From positions 185,354 to 249,353 of the forward strand of contig NMRA01000609.1 of assembly GCA_002633005.1 (NCBI GenBank): a stretch of DNA of 64,000 nt. The letters run 5' to 3'. A program made the translations under genes and the position numbers. The notes under the pieces are model-generated. The model saw only the letters and a list, made by a program, of their open reading frames with translations. It ran no database searches and was not told where the DNA came from. Source of the stretch: Phoronis australis. Lineage: Eukaryota > Animalia > Phoronida. This document shows, one piece after another, positions 36,401-49,400 of the stretch (the stretch's first letter is position 1; each line of letters starts with the position of its first letter).

Positions 36401-39400
36401 TAAGATACTTCAGGTGTCCATAAAACAAAACATAAGCGCACTTGCATTCTGTAATGGTCAAAATTTTTTGCACAAAGTCGTGCTTTCACTAACTGAAGCT
36501 GAGGAAATTTTAGTAGTAAGTCACTTACTAGAATGCTTGTCATAGCTGTTGAAATGGAAAATGCACTCAACAAAGTGGTGAAAGAACATCGTTGGCTTCC
36601 GTTGCAGAAGAATGTGGACCAGGCAAAACTGGGCTGAAATTAAGTGGAAACAATGTGACTCCCAGAGATGACCAAACAGATGGAATAATATTGCATTTAA
36701 AAGTAATAATTTATTAGTTACTTGCATGCTTCTAGACGTTTACAAAAATCAAAAAGTGGATAATTTTTCATGTCAGGGTGTTATCTGAACAGAATTTAAT
36801 ATTAATAATCATTTGATAATTGCGACTTATATCGAAGGAGATTATTGAATAATAAGTCTTGTATTCAATAGTTAAAAGTAGACATTCCATCGCCATATTT
36901 AAATTGTTAAATGTGTCATCTACAAATCAAATTTCCTCATTTGTAAGGCTAAACATGTAATTTATTAGAACAGAACTTTTTCAATAACAAAAATCAAACA
37001 TATTTCACATATTTCTTATAACTGCAAGAATAAATCTGAACTTTGCCCAGCAACAGGACAGAAGTGATCCTCTCCTGATCATATATGACTCAGATCTGTT
37101 TTAACGTGACTTACCCAACTCCTTTATTTCACTGTGTTCATCAATCACTGTCGTTATAAAACGATAGAACAACGAGCCCTTCCACTTTACATAATCTTCC
37201 TAAAATAAAAATTAAAAAAGTTTTCATTCGCAAAAATTAATCCACTGTTACCATGGCTTTCATATGCTGAAATCAGCATCAGAAAGAATGAGAATACGAG
37301 ATTGGTAAATGTGACCACCAAAAGCAACTTGAACCAAATCCAGGAAATATTCCAAGATGTTTACCTGAAGTAGATGAGTGAGAAGTATTAGTGTCTGTTT
37401 CCTTATGAGTGGACACTTATCTTTAAGGCAGCTGGCGATGTTAGGTACATAGGAATCTACCACTGCTGTGTATCTGTAGAAGGGACATTGTACGTTTATG
37501 ATTACACAAAATATTTCAGTTAGTAAAAATTGTTTTATTTCGAATACTAACAACTTTGCTCTGTTTAAATGTCTGTGACGTTGAAACACACAAAATATTT
37601 TGGACAATGAGGAAATAATTAACATCAAACAACAGACATGATTAATGGTAGATTTTCACTAGGTTAAATTAAACTCTCTCGTATTCCTTTTTGATCACAA
37701 GATCTACATTCTTTTTGATAGCAAAATCAAAAAAGTAAACAAAAAGGAGTATATCTCACCTGACACACAAGTCACACATTATGATAATCACATTATTCCT
37801 GATGGCCATGTCAGTTGAAGTTTCCATCTCTCTCGCCAGAGCTGCCACCCATTTCTTGGCTAAGTCCTCGTGTTGCAAACACAGCTTTCCTGAAATATCA
37901 CCGCAAAGTTTCAGTAAACCTTTCCAAAATTCACACACATAAAAATTAATGATGCGCATTAACTTTGATTATGCTGATGCTAGATTACGAGTCCTCTACA
38001 AAGATACACCTTACTGCGCTATTCCTGTCTTGGAAGCTTACATTGTTTTAAAAACAAGCCGTTTTCGTAACATTGAATTTTTTAAAAAACTGTAACAATG
38101 TTCAGTATTGATACACAGTTGATCCTATTTGGAGTTAATGCCTGATTGAAAATTTCAAGCTAGAAGATTTTCATGAGCCAAGTCTGCAAATAGTGATAAA
38201 GTTGGACAGATTTTCATAATTGATGATCGATAGTGTCCAGCAAGCAGAAATAGATTATAATTAATAATCAGATTTCAAATGAATATATTGAAATCGTGCA
38301 TTGTAGAAACGTCACGTAAGACTAGAATAATTGTCGGTAAATCCTGGTGTTAAGACAGTTAACTTTGTTTTTAGCTACTGCAGAATATACACTTATGATT
38401 GACATATGTACCAATGATAAAAACATATGTGTGTCACAAGCTCGTTCCCAGAAATGAAAAGGAGACCGAGGTTAACAAAGTAAGGTCATATACAAGTGTA
38501 ATGAATAAGAATGAAAAAAATGCAGCATGTACAAAATGATAATCACTGGTAATATGGGCAATAAAAAATAGCTACAAGAGATGTTGTAAGACAGTTCATG
38601 AAGAGAATGGAGGAAATTGTAGAAATTATGTATTGTGGCCCCAGAGTTATACAAGAAATCAACACTCGTCAACCAAATATTATTTTTGTGTAGTAGTTAA
38701 AAGCTTTGTTTGCATGCTTGCACAGAATTTCTTCCATGACTGAGAACAGATGGCAAATATTGCTGCAGCAATGTCAACAGTGAAACATCGCAAGATTCTT
38801 TTTCCACAACTCCATGATTGACAGCACGTGACAAATATTACATTTTATGTCACCAATGAAACAATGCGAAGTTCTTTTCCACAACTACATCTGCACTCTA
38901 CTTATCTCAGTGAGTCGCAGAACAAATACCAATCCCAGCTGCACGCCAGCAACATGACAGAATTTCAGCTAAGCCCATAAAAGGCAATGCTAACGTTATG
39001 AACTGAGCATGAACAAAAACATGAGCAAACATTCTAAAAGTGAAATTCCAATTTTTGTTATTTGCATCACTTTTATAGACACTGATGTGAAAAAACCTTT
39101 ACTTATTTTGTCCATCCAATTTCTGGTTAATTCGGGACAGATTTATCGATTTTGGAAAACCAAGTGCGAGCGCTTGATGTTTGGCCATGATTATTTTTCA
39201 AGTTGAAATCAACTTACCAAGAGTAATGTACGCAAAGGCGCGTATCCTGTTGGATAACTTTGAAGCGGGCACTGGCTGAGACTCTCCATCAACTTAAAAA
39301 GAAAACAAACGCAATTCTGCAATACTTCCAAATTCTGTAATTAGAATCATTGCCAATTCAACAGTTATGGGAAAACGTACATCAATGTTTCCAAACATTT

Positions 39401-40400
39401 TATACAGGCGGTAAGAAGAAAATGTGACATGGAATGTTTAGGCAATAGTCACTTAGAGGTCCTGGATTTCGAGAACCAGTTTGATGCCTGTTTTCAGTTG
39501 ATAAAACTGGTTCTCAAATTGATTATTATAAGAGAAGCACCAATCAAAATCTCTTGACAACCACAATTACAATGTCAGTCAATGCCACAGCATGCCTTTG
39601 ATGTTACTCTTCACAGTGCCAACAGAGGGCATACATGTAGTTACAGCCAACAGAAATCAGAGCTGAATTCGAAAGCGTTTTTGCGACAACAGCGCAATCC
39701 CAGTGCACAACTACATACCATGTGAACGAATGTGTTGGAACCCTTGCAGATACCCTTCAAGTCATGGGAAGAGAAAAATTTCGTCTTCATTCCTCCAACT
39801 GCATTATTCGCTGATACTAGAACATGACTTTACTAAAGGGATGCAGGTATTCAATACTGTTAATGGGAACCTTAGGCACATAATTTTTATCCAATTTGAA
39901 CTCTGATAAAGTCTACTAAAACTCACCATTGATAGGGGAAGTAGCGATTAAACTTTGTACAAGGGCAAACAGTCTCTTGGGCACTTTGTTAGGACAATGC
40001 TGGGCTGCCTCTCCCAGTGTGAACAGGTGGCGTGTTACCCTGTCTTCGTCACCTGAGTCATCTACAAATGCACAACCATGAGATATAATGCAGTTCAAAA
40101 GAACAGTATAGCACAGAGCTTCAGTGCAGACTCTCACATTTCAGGTCCGAGTTTGAATCTTGTGTTGGTAAACACTGATTGAGACGGGACGGTACCATGG
40201 AATCCACGCCCTTGTCATGACATGAGAGTTATTAAGATTGAGTGTTATAATTTCTTGTTAGCATGCCCTTTGTATGTGGACGAAAATTTGGCATTCCAAT
40301 TGCTGTAATAGATATACCACTTGTTTTGGTCGCTTGTCGAGTTCACAAGATATTAATGTCATAACCAATTTTTTTCGTACTTGCAGTTTGTTTAAACCAA

Positions 40401-40458
<58 letters not shown>

Positions 40459-43400
40459 AGGGTGGGTGGGTCGGTGGGTGCATTTCGTGTGTGTGTTTAT
40501 GGTGTGCTTATTTCTGTAAAAAGGGGCCGGTGGCCTAATTACATTTCTCCCTATCCTCAGCTTTATCTGAACATGCCCAGGAATCAGGACATCCCGTCAA
40601 CTGGGAGTCTGTCAACGTTACTGACAGTGAGAGCCATTATTTTCTCAGAATGATCAGGAAAGCCATACAGATTAGACAGCACAACACCTCTATTAACAGG
40701 GACAGGGGTAGAGTTACCCCCCATCTACAACAGACTTACTGCTAGTCAAATGCCACCTACAAAACCCAAACAACGATCGTCATTGTGAGGAAGTCAATCC
40801 CCGTGATTGATGAAAGTCTCAATGGCGAGGTAATTAACCTTGCTTGTGGTATGATAACCCTTTGTGAATATTTTTCTCAAGGTGATGAACATTTTTGGAA
40901 ACTTGGTGATGGCTTTTCTCCCTTTGTAAACAATAATGAAAGAAAAACCAAGAAAAGTTTCTCCAGCTTGTAATACACCTTACAAGCCTAAAGTATTCAG
41001 ACAAAATGACCCAGAATTCCCTGTCATGACAGCTGGGCAGAAGCTGAATTCGTCGTCAGAGTAGTCTCCCCTGATGACAGAGAATGAAGGAGAATTAACA
41101 GGAAAGGTCATAAGGTGGCTAAGCCACTCTGTAATAAAAATGTTGCCACCCTGATACCTATTACCATTGATTTTATAGTTATTATTATTGGTTGCCATGA
41201 CAGGAAAATGGTATTTTGTCCGATTACAAAGCCGAAAACAAAGCTTTCCCCTCCTGACACCTGAAAAAATTTCAGTGCACACTGGAAAGGCTCAATCTTT
41301 TATTACAAAATGTTCGATAATTACACAAAACTTTGGTAATACTTTATACCTGCGTTATCACTTGACACATAGCTGTAGAGAAAACTGTCGCACTTCTTCA
41401 TCAAATCCTCACACCAGTCAGCCATTTTTTCCTGGATAGCTTCGTCGCCGTCTGCCATATAGAGCTGTAACAATTGGTGGTGAGAGGCATTTACAAAATT
41501 TTAAAGAGGTTTGGAAAGCGATAAATAGACTAAAGTGCAATATCGAAAGTGGTTCTCTGCCACTGAAACAAAATTCGGCCAGCTCACCAGGTATTTTTAA
41601 TGTTTGTTCGTAATTTTTCAATTGCTGTTCATATCAAATCATTTTCTTTTAGATTCAAATTTCAAAAAATGACCTGTCAACTGATCGCCATTTTTCTCGC
41701 GCAAGGCAAAGCACGCCTCCTTATTTGGTATGGCAAGATATAGACAAAGCACATTTCCCTTATATGGAAAATGTGACCTTTGACCTCAAGCGACTTCATG
41801 CAACTGCACTTGCATTCATTTATCATAAGTGGGATGGAGATTAAAAACTCTGTGGTAACCACAGAAATTTTTTTTCGGGAGTATTTCAAAAATCGTGAAT
41901 TTTGTTATTTTTTCTGGAAACTTCTTCACAGGGGAAAGTGAATTAATCTGTACTAGACATTGCGAGATGGTACTTTCGTTAGAAATTGTTTAAAAGATAT
42001 TTTTGATGAGCTTTTGTGTCCATGCCTGTTTAAAGCGGCTATGAAACTGCCTTCTGCCAAACACACACTCACTGTTGAATAAGAGCAATTACCAACTGGT
42101 TTCTAATAGTTCCTCGATCAAAACCGAGGTGATTTCTTGACTTGGAAAGTACTGGCAGTTATTGTTTGAGCCCAGGCACTATAAGTTTGTTTGTCAAAGC
42201 ATATCATTTAATGGAACAAGCACAAACTGTCCCTTTTTACCGAACATGGAAACCACTTCTCATTTGAGTTAGGAATAAGTCGAGACCAGTTTAATAACAT
42301 AGAGAATGGATTCACATTTAATGGCAAGTCACTATGTGTCCTATCTAAAAATTTTCAAACTTTATACTTCGTGCAAATACTACATTAATTTATTTTTCAT
42401 ACTGTCCTCTCAGTGAATTTCTGGTTGAATTTTGTTAACGAAATATTGCCTCGGAGTACAAGTCTGATAAGCCTATTAAAAATACAATATTATGTCAATC
42501 TCGATGCCTGAAATTAAAGATTTTCTGAAATACAGCAAGTTGCACTACACTTTTCTTCACCGTACCTTGGCCATACAGGACATGCTAGATGTTATCAGTT
42601 GCGGTGGTTGGTTGAATTGTCCAAGAATATCCTGCAAGTCACCTGAAACAACCCATCGTGTTAATCAACACATCTCTCACTCTAAGGTCGCAGTTTTCAA
42701 CAAGATCATTTTGAGTCAAATACCAACCATTCAACTGACACAATCTCAAGAACACCTAACTAGGACATCGCTGTATACATTTTTGATCACAAGTGGTATT
42801 TTGTCTCTCAAAGCAGCTAGACATAGATGCACGTAATTATAGACCCACGTGCTTATATGAGAAGCAGAGGTTATATCCGGAACCAAGAGCATGCACCTAT
42901 TTATGAAGATCTTAAGTAAAACCGAGGATCAAAAATTTTAAAATACTCCAAGTCAAGAGTAAAACTTAACTTTCCATTACAAAAATGTGGACATGGGCAT
43001 GCATTAAATGTAACACAAATTATTAAAAGAAAGGTACTGAGGATGACAAAAAACAGAAAAACAACATCCAGTTTTAACATCCTCATGCAAAGAATAGCGA
43101 CATGAATCTGTAAGTGATTATTTCCGGCACATACTCATGGGACAAATACCGTAATATTGACGATGATATAACACGCAATAGAGCTTCATGCCCAGCATAA
43201 TTCACGGCAAACTTAAAACTAACTGAAAGTCAAGTTCTTACCAATCACTCGTGTGCGATCTGTCTCAGCCAGTTTCTTGGCTACGTTCCCCAAGACTGTC
43301 AGAACTCTGGTTAACGTGTCGAAATCCAAAGACTTGAGATGTTTCTTCCAATAGTCGATGACAAATCCAGCATTGAATTTGGAAACAAACGTAGTGATTT

Positions 43401-46400
43401 CAGCTAGCATAAGCCAGGTGGCCTACAAAACAAAATCTGATTGATATAAAGTGGTTTATTGAACTTTGTTGCAGCTTAAAACAAGTCAAGTATCATAGAT
43501 TAGACAGATTAGACCAAAACATATTTTCTAACTAGACTGATTTTGAAAACTATGCCTCATAGTTTGACAGAAAACAAAAGGACCCCGACCCACTCCAGTT
43601 GGCATCAAGTGAAACTGGGGAAAAAGAAGGATGGCAACCCATTTCAGTGGGCATCAGAGGAAACTGATGAAAACGAAAAAGGTTCCCGAAACAGATCTTT
43701 TTTGTTTTGAACATATGGACAAATCAGAAAATGCATCACCACATCAATTTCGAAATTTTCTTTGGACTTACAACAGTACATGTTAAAAAAGTGTGACGAA
43801 ATTGTGCTTCTTCGACACGGTTGATAACGCCCAATAAGGACTGGTAAGGACATACCGTCACTCATAATTCCAATTCTTCTAACGACTAAGCATGAATTCC
43901 ATTTGCACTGTGTTGTTCATTTATTTCTTCGCTTTCAAAATCCTTTATTAAAACAAGAATAAATAAAAGTATACCTAGTTTACCCGGAATTTGGCTGTCA
44001 TGACGGCGAAATCTACCTGCATTCATTCATCACGGGGGGGGGGGGGGNGAATTCCGGGACATTTTGTCTCATTACAATAACTTAATCATACTATACATTG
44101 AACTGTATTGATCTACTTTACTGATTTATTTTCATTCAATACCTTCAAATTTCTTATGCCTTTATGGATATTTAAATATAGCTGCAGAAGCCTAATGTTA
44201 TCAAACACTTCAACTTAATACTAAAAACGTGACAATGCGGTCCTTGCTAAACTATAAACCACACATTTCCGTGCAAAGAATGACACGAAAAAGAGAGTTC
44301 GCGAAAATAACCTTGATTCACCGCCGCACAAATGATCTCCACAAAATGCAATCACAATGAGGAAAAAAGTGAACTTTTCATTTTTCTGATGTGGTTCAGT
44401 GACATAAATTGATGAAAATGACAAAATAATTAAATTTTAGTGGTTCGATATAATAAATAAAAAAGAAATAATAAACAAAATTAATAATCAACATACTGCG
44501 TTGTTGGCTGTGTTCACATGTTGCTGTAGAAATGTGACGGATGAAGATTTTAGTTTTCCTTGTCGATTCCACATCTGAAAAGCTTTTTGTAAGAATCGCC
44601 TGAAAGAAGAACGGAAGTCTGTATTGCTACTAAACATTGGGCAAATTGTGTATTTCAACACTACTTGTACAAAAAAGATTATAAACAAACAAGAAGCTAC
44701 ATGCAACAACCACTGCTGAGAAAAATGGCAATCACTGGATTTTTTCGCATTACCAAATTTCTCGTCATTTTTTGATATACTTCCAGTTATCATGACAAAA
44801 TGATTTTACTGGTAACTTCAAAATTAAACTTGCAGAACAATATAGCAGATTATTGTCTAAAATCTTTCTTCGCATGATTTTTTGGGTTTGATTTTGAGGA
44901 AAATTGAACCCTACAGTAGGGGTCACACTAAAGTCAACTCTATTCAGCCGCACGTCTCTGTGAAAATGAGTTTTTGGTAAAACTACACACCAATATACCA
45001 CTCCTTTCCAAGGATTAATTCCAAATAGACCCCTGGTTTCTCCAGGTGGCCATTACAGTGTAAAACTCATCAGGGGCCTAACCTCAACTCCGCTCCTTGG
45101 TCGCTAGCCAGAATACCCAGCATGCTCCAGGTCATGTGACCTTGCTCATCATGCCCCTGACCACACACGTTGTTGAGAATGATCGGCTCCAACAGCTCCA
45201 GACATTTCTCCTGAGCACTCGTCTCTCTGTCCAACACCATGGGTAGGACACCCTCCAACCATGCCCTACAGATACACGACAACATCATCACTTTATATTA
45301 CATGATACAATTCAGTGGCGGCTTTCATGGCCACATGGATCAAACACGACTTAAAAAGGTTACTACAAATAAAATACATGCTTGAAAGCAGTGCAGTTAT
45401 CGACAGATAAGAATAAATAAATAGTAAAAGTTAAGACAAGTGTCTGTACTAAAATGTTTTAAGATATTCAGGTTAACAAGCCTTAAAAGTTAATGTTAAT
45501 AGGACATCTTCGTTACCAAGGATCAAATTTATTAATATTTTTTTTGAGTATAATCAAAAATAGAACAATAAAACGTAACATTTTTAAAACACTTGACAAC
45601 AGAATCTTTTTACCCCAGTTATTCACAATCATTTTCTAAAAATCTTGATTTTCACGGAGATCAAAGGAATTTCCACGAGCATTCATTTTTTTGCATGAAA
45701 CTGACAAATTTTGTTTCTTTGTTATGTTTGCTACAAAAACATGTCTGGGGTTTTCTTTTGAGACCTTTTCACCCGAGACCTTAGCTCTCAAAACTGAAAA
45801 CTTCAAAATTCCTTGAAAAAAGGAAGTCTTGACTTTTGGCTGCTGAGCTCTCTGTCTCAGAATCCTTAAAAGAAAATCCGAGAAATTCTATTGTAGTTAA
45901 CAGTGTAATAGAAGATAAGGCGAACTCTAATAGTCTAAAAGGAAAATTGTGTTTTTGAAAAAACGCAATCGTGTGATTCTAAAAATCTGGGCATCGCTTT
46001 CATACACATTGGTCATCAAAAAATTTAAAAATATGAAGTTTTATGGGTGTACTATTAATACTAAAAGGTATTTATAAGAAGTTCTATCTTTAGTGATGAA
46101 GGTGTCTTATTACCTTTAAAAGATTAGTTAAGCATGGTTATTTGCATCTCTCATCGCCACAGTTAAATAACAACTAAAGTATAACAACACCATTGTCACA
46201 CAAGTAAAATACAATGTTTTCCTCACACAGTTCAGTTGTTTTAACCAAACTTCGTTTCAAAAAACTCAAAAACGTACCGTTGGATGACTTTGTTTAGAGG
46301 CATCTCATTCAGTAACGCTGTTAGTGAGATTTGCGCCTGCTTACGCACGGATAACGCAGGATCACGGCATCTCTCCTTGATTACGTCCAAGTCTTTAGCA

Positions 46401-49400
46401 TTGAAGTCAATACCGCTCAGTCGCACGATGTTTTCTATGGCTTGTAACGCTGCCTTACGCACATTGACCTTCTCGTCAGCAGTGCGCTGACGAAGCATAG
46501 TGACAAACCCTTGGGCATCCGGTATTGCTGCAACGCATACAGAAGAATGAATTGCTTTGTGTTAAAATGAACTGAAAGCACTCCGAGAACACAGGCTGCT
46601 GTTGAGGGAACGCAAGTACAATGTAATGCACTGAACTTATTCATTTAACAAAATGGGGACTAGCATGCAGTCATCAACAGCCTTTTTCAACACGTTTCCC
46701 TTCATTTTGATGAGAAACTTCATAAAACAAAAGTGTACATGAAAACCAGTTTAGCTAAAATTTATTTACAAATGACCCAATTTCAATATGTCAATTTCAC
46801 ATCACAGAAGAATTAAAAGTCATCTGAAACTGATGTCACGTCTACTTACACACTTCACCACCAGGTGTCAGCTGTATAGTATTTAAAACCGATGTGCTTG
46901 CAACACCAGGAGCAGTCCCTGCCGCACTTGTCTGTGTCTCTCTAGCTTCGCTGTTCGGTACGACATTCTCCTCTAAAAAGACCAATTCTGTTAAGCGTGG
47001 CACAGCAAAAAGAGCAATCATGTTTTGATTTGGCCAAAGCTAAATTTGCGAATCCTTTCACACAAGTGTCAACAAAGGTCTACACTTAAAAAGTTTAAAT
47101 TTGAGCTCTCGTGTATAAGCCTACGTGGGCACTTTAGCAACCATCGGTTTAATAAATCCATAAAGTGCTGAATTCTAGGGTGTCATCAGACTTTCAGTGG
47201 CTTTGCTGTAGTTTTTGTATTTTGTAAGACCTTATCAACTTGTCGGTGTATTCAACCAAATGCTTACATAAGTATAGATTTTAACTCGGCAAAAGTACGC
47301 ATTTTCTGACAGTAGAAAGACTGTAGAATTTGATCTTTGCCTTTATACCAATGAGTCATTGTTTTAGTAAAATTTAGCAAAAACGAAAGGTACATCCAAC
47401 TGTATCAAATGAATGAAATGACCAATGAAAATTCATTCAACATAAATATTCGAAGATCAAATCTCGAAACAGCTGTTACAGTTTTCAAAATTACCATTTC
47501 ATTTTCGTTTTATGCAACATTTAAGGTTTTTTAACTAAATCATTTACGTCCTATTTTGATAGCCCCTCATGCAAATGTGGAAACTTTTGAAAACAATTCC
47601 TAATAAATTTTGGAAAACAATGCATAAAACATGGTATCTGAAAGTTTCATTTGAATCCAATCAGCCATTTCTGTGATATGATGTTCCAAAGTTTGTGAAA
47701 TTTGGTTTTTTTTCAAGGGAAAAATACAGAAAATTAAATATGAAAATATGTATTTGTTTGACACGACGTCTGCTACATCTGGACAGGAACCATTAGTAGT
47801 GCATTTTCCAATGGCCATTTTAAGTTTGTTTAACAGCAAGATTGATTATGGAAGATACATATGAAACGCATTCCTACCACTAGGTGGCATGTCCTGTTTC
47901 ACTGGAGTAGGCACCAATCGAGTGACAGGCTGTCGGCCCAGAGTTTTTGGCGTGACGATCTCGCGTAAGGCATTCACCAGCATTGGCTGTGGAGAGCAGC
48001 TGCACTGAGCTAGGGCAGCAATCGCACGAGCTCTCACTCTGGAACACAAACAGACCGATGATGAGGCTAGGAGTGAGTGTAACATGACATAGTTATAGGT
48101 CCCAGGAGTTTCAAAATTCATTTGGAAAATTAAGTCGTCTTCAATTAACTTAAATGTAAAAAAAACATTCACATTGAAGTTATATACAGCGATAACTGGG
48201 ACCAGTTTTAAATAACTACAACTAGAATACATAAATCAAGTTTTATTGTCATATCAAATCTAGCCAATGAAGCAATTAGTGAACTCCACTCCATATCTCG
48301 GTTAATTTGAAAAAAAAAACAAGCGGATTATATACAGAGAAAAACAATTAAAGCAAAACTTCGACAAGACCAATATTTATAAAGTTTGTGACAAAGCTAA
48401 GCAATCGGTGAATTCCACTGGTACCTTGCAATATTTGAAAAACACACAAAATGCTTTCATGCCATTCTATGTGATTTAAAAAAACAATGTTGTGAGGTTT
48501 TTTTACTAACAAAATATGAAGAAATCCCCAACAAATAAAAAACCTTACGTTGGTGCAATGTCTGAACATCTCGACAATATCATTTGGAGCAAAAATCGAT
48601 GACTGAGAAATACCGAGTCTGTGCAGCTGTCTACAAAAGAACACAACAGAATAACAATCAATGCAAACAATACATATTTGAGATCATTTTAAGATACTCG
48701 TTACATGACATTGATATCCTCGGGACACACACGAGATGCGTGAACAAGACTATCAGTTCTCAAGCATGTAACAAAAGGCCATTAAAGCACAGTAGGTTAC
48801 AGTTTGTACTCAGTATGAGACCTGCACTCACCAACATAAAAAAGCGCACATCCTGCCAGGGTATCATGTTTTCGAAAAGCCGCACAAAGGCATGGAAGCA
48901 AGTGCAAGCAAGGTTTGAAATCTCATGATTTGCCAAGTGCCGAGTAAAAAAACTAATCCAGCGTCATTTTTGCTTGTCTACGATGGATTTTCATTTTTGG
49001 AAAAATGATCAACCAAAAACCCCCATCACTGACTCAATTTTCAGATCAGAACCAAATATCCTTTTTTGGTCTGATAAGTATTTAATGGAATTCACAAATG
49101 AAGAATATTTGTTATCAAGCAAAAACACATTGTGTTAACAGTGCCTATGAAAACGATTACGTTATGACACATTACCCCCACAATGTTACCTTCCCTTATG
49201 ATTTTGTTTTGAATATCGTGAAGAACTGAAAGCTCTCCAAAAGCCAGAAAAAAGAGGGTCACTATTTTCCAAGAATATCAATAGTCGAAAACTGTAGAGG
49301 CATTGACTGCACTCTTTCACACGTGACAAAGTAACACGAAATGTTTGCAGTATAACAGTGTTTGAAAGGGATTTTGCAAATGGCAGTTAACAGCTAATCA

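Noticed and set aside
43655-43695. CTGATGA-AAAC-GAAA hammerhead-like core
   Set aside because: No stem II and no convincing stem I or III
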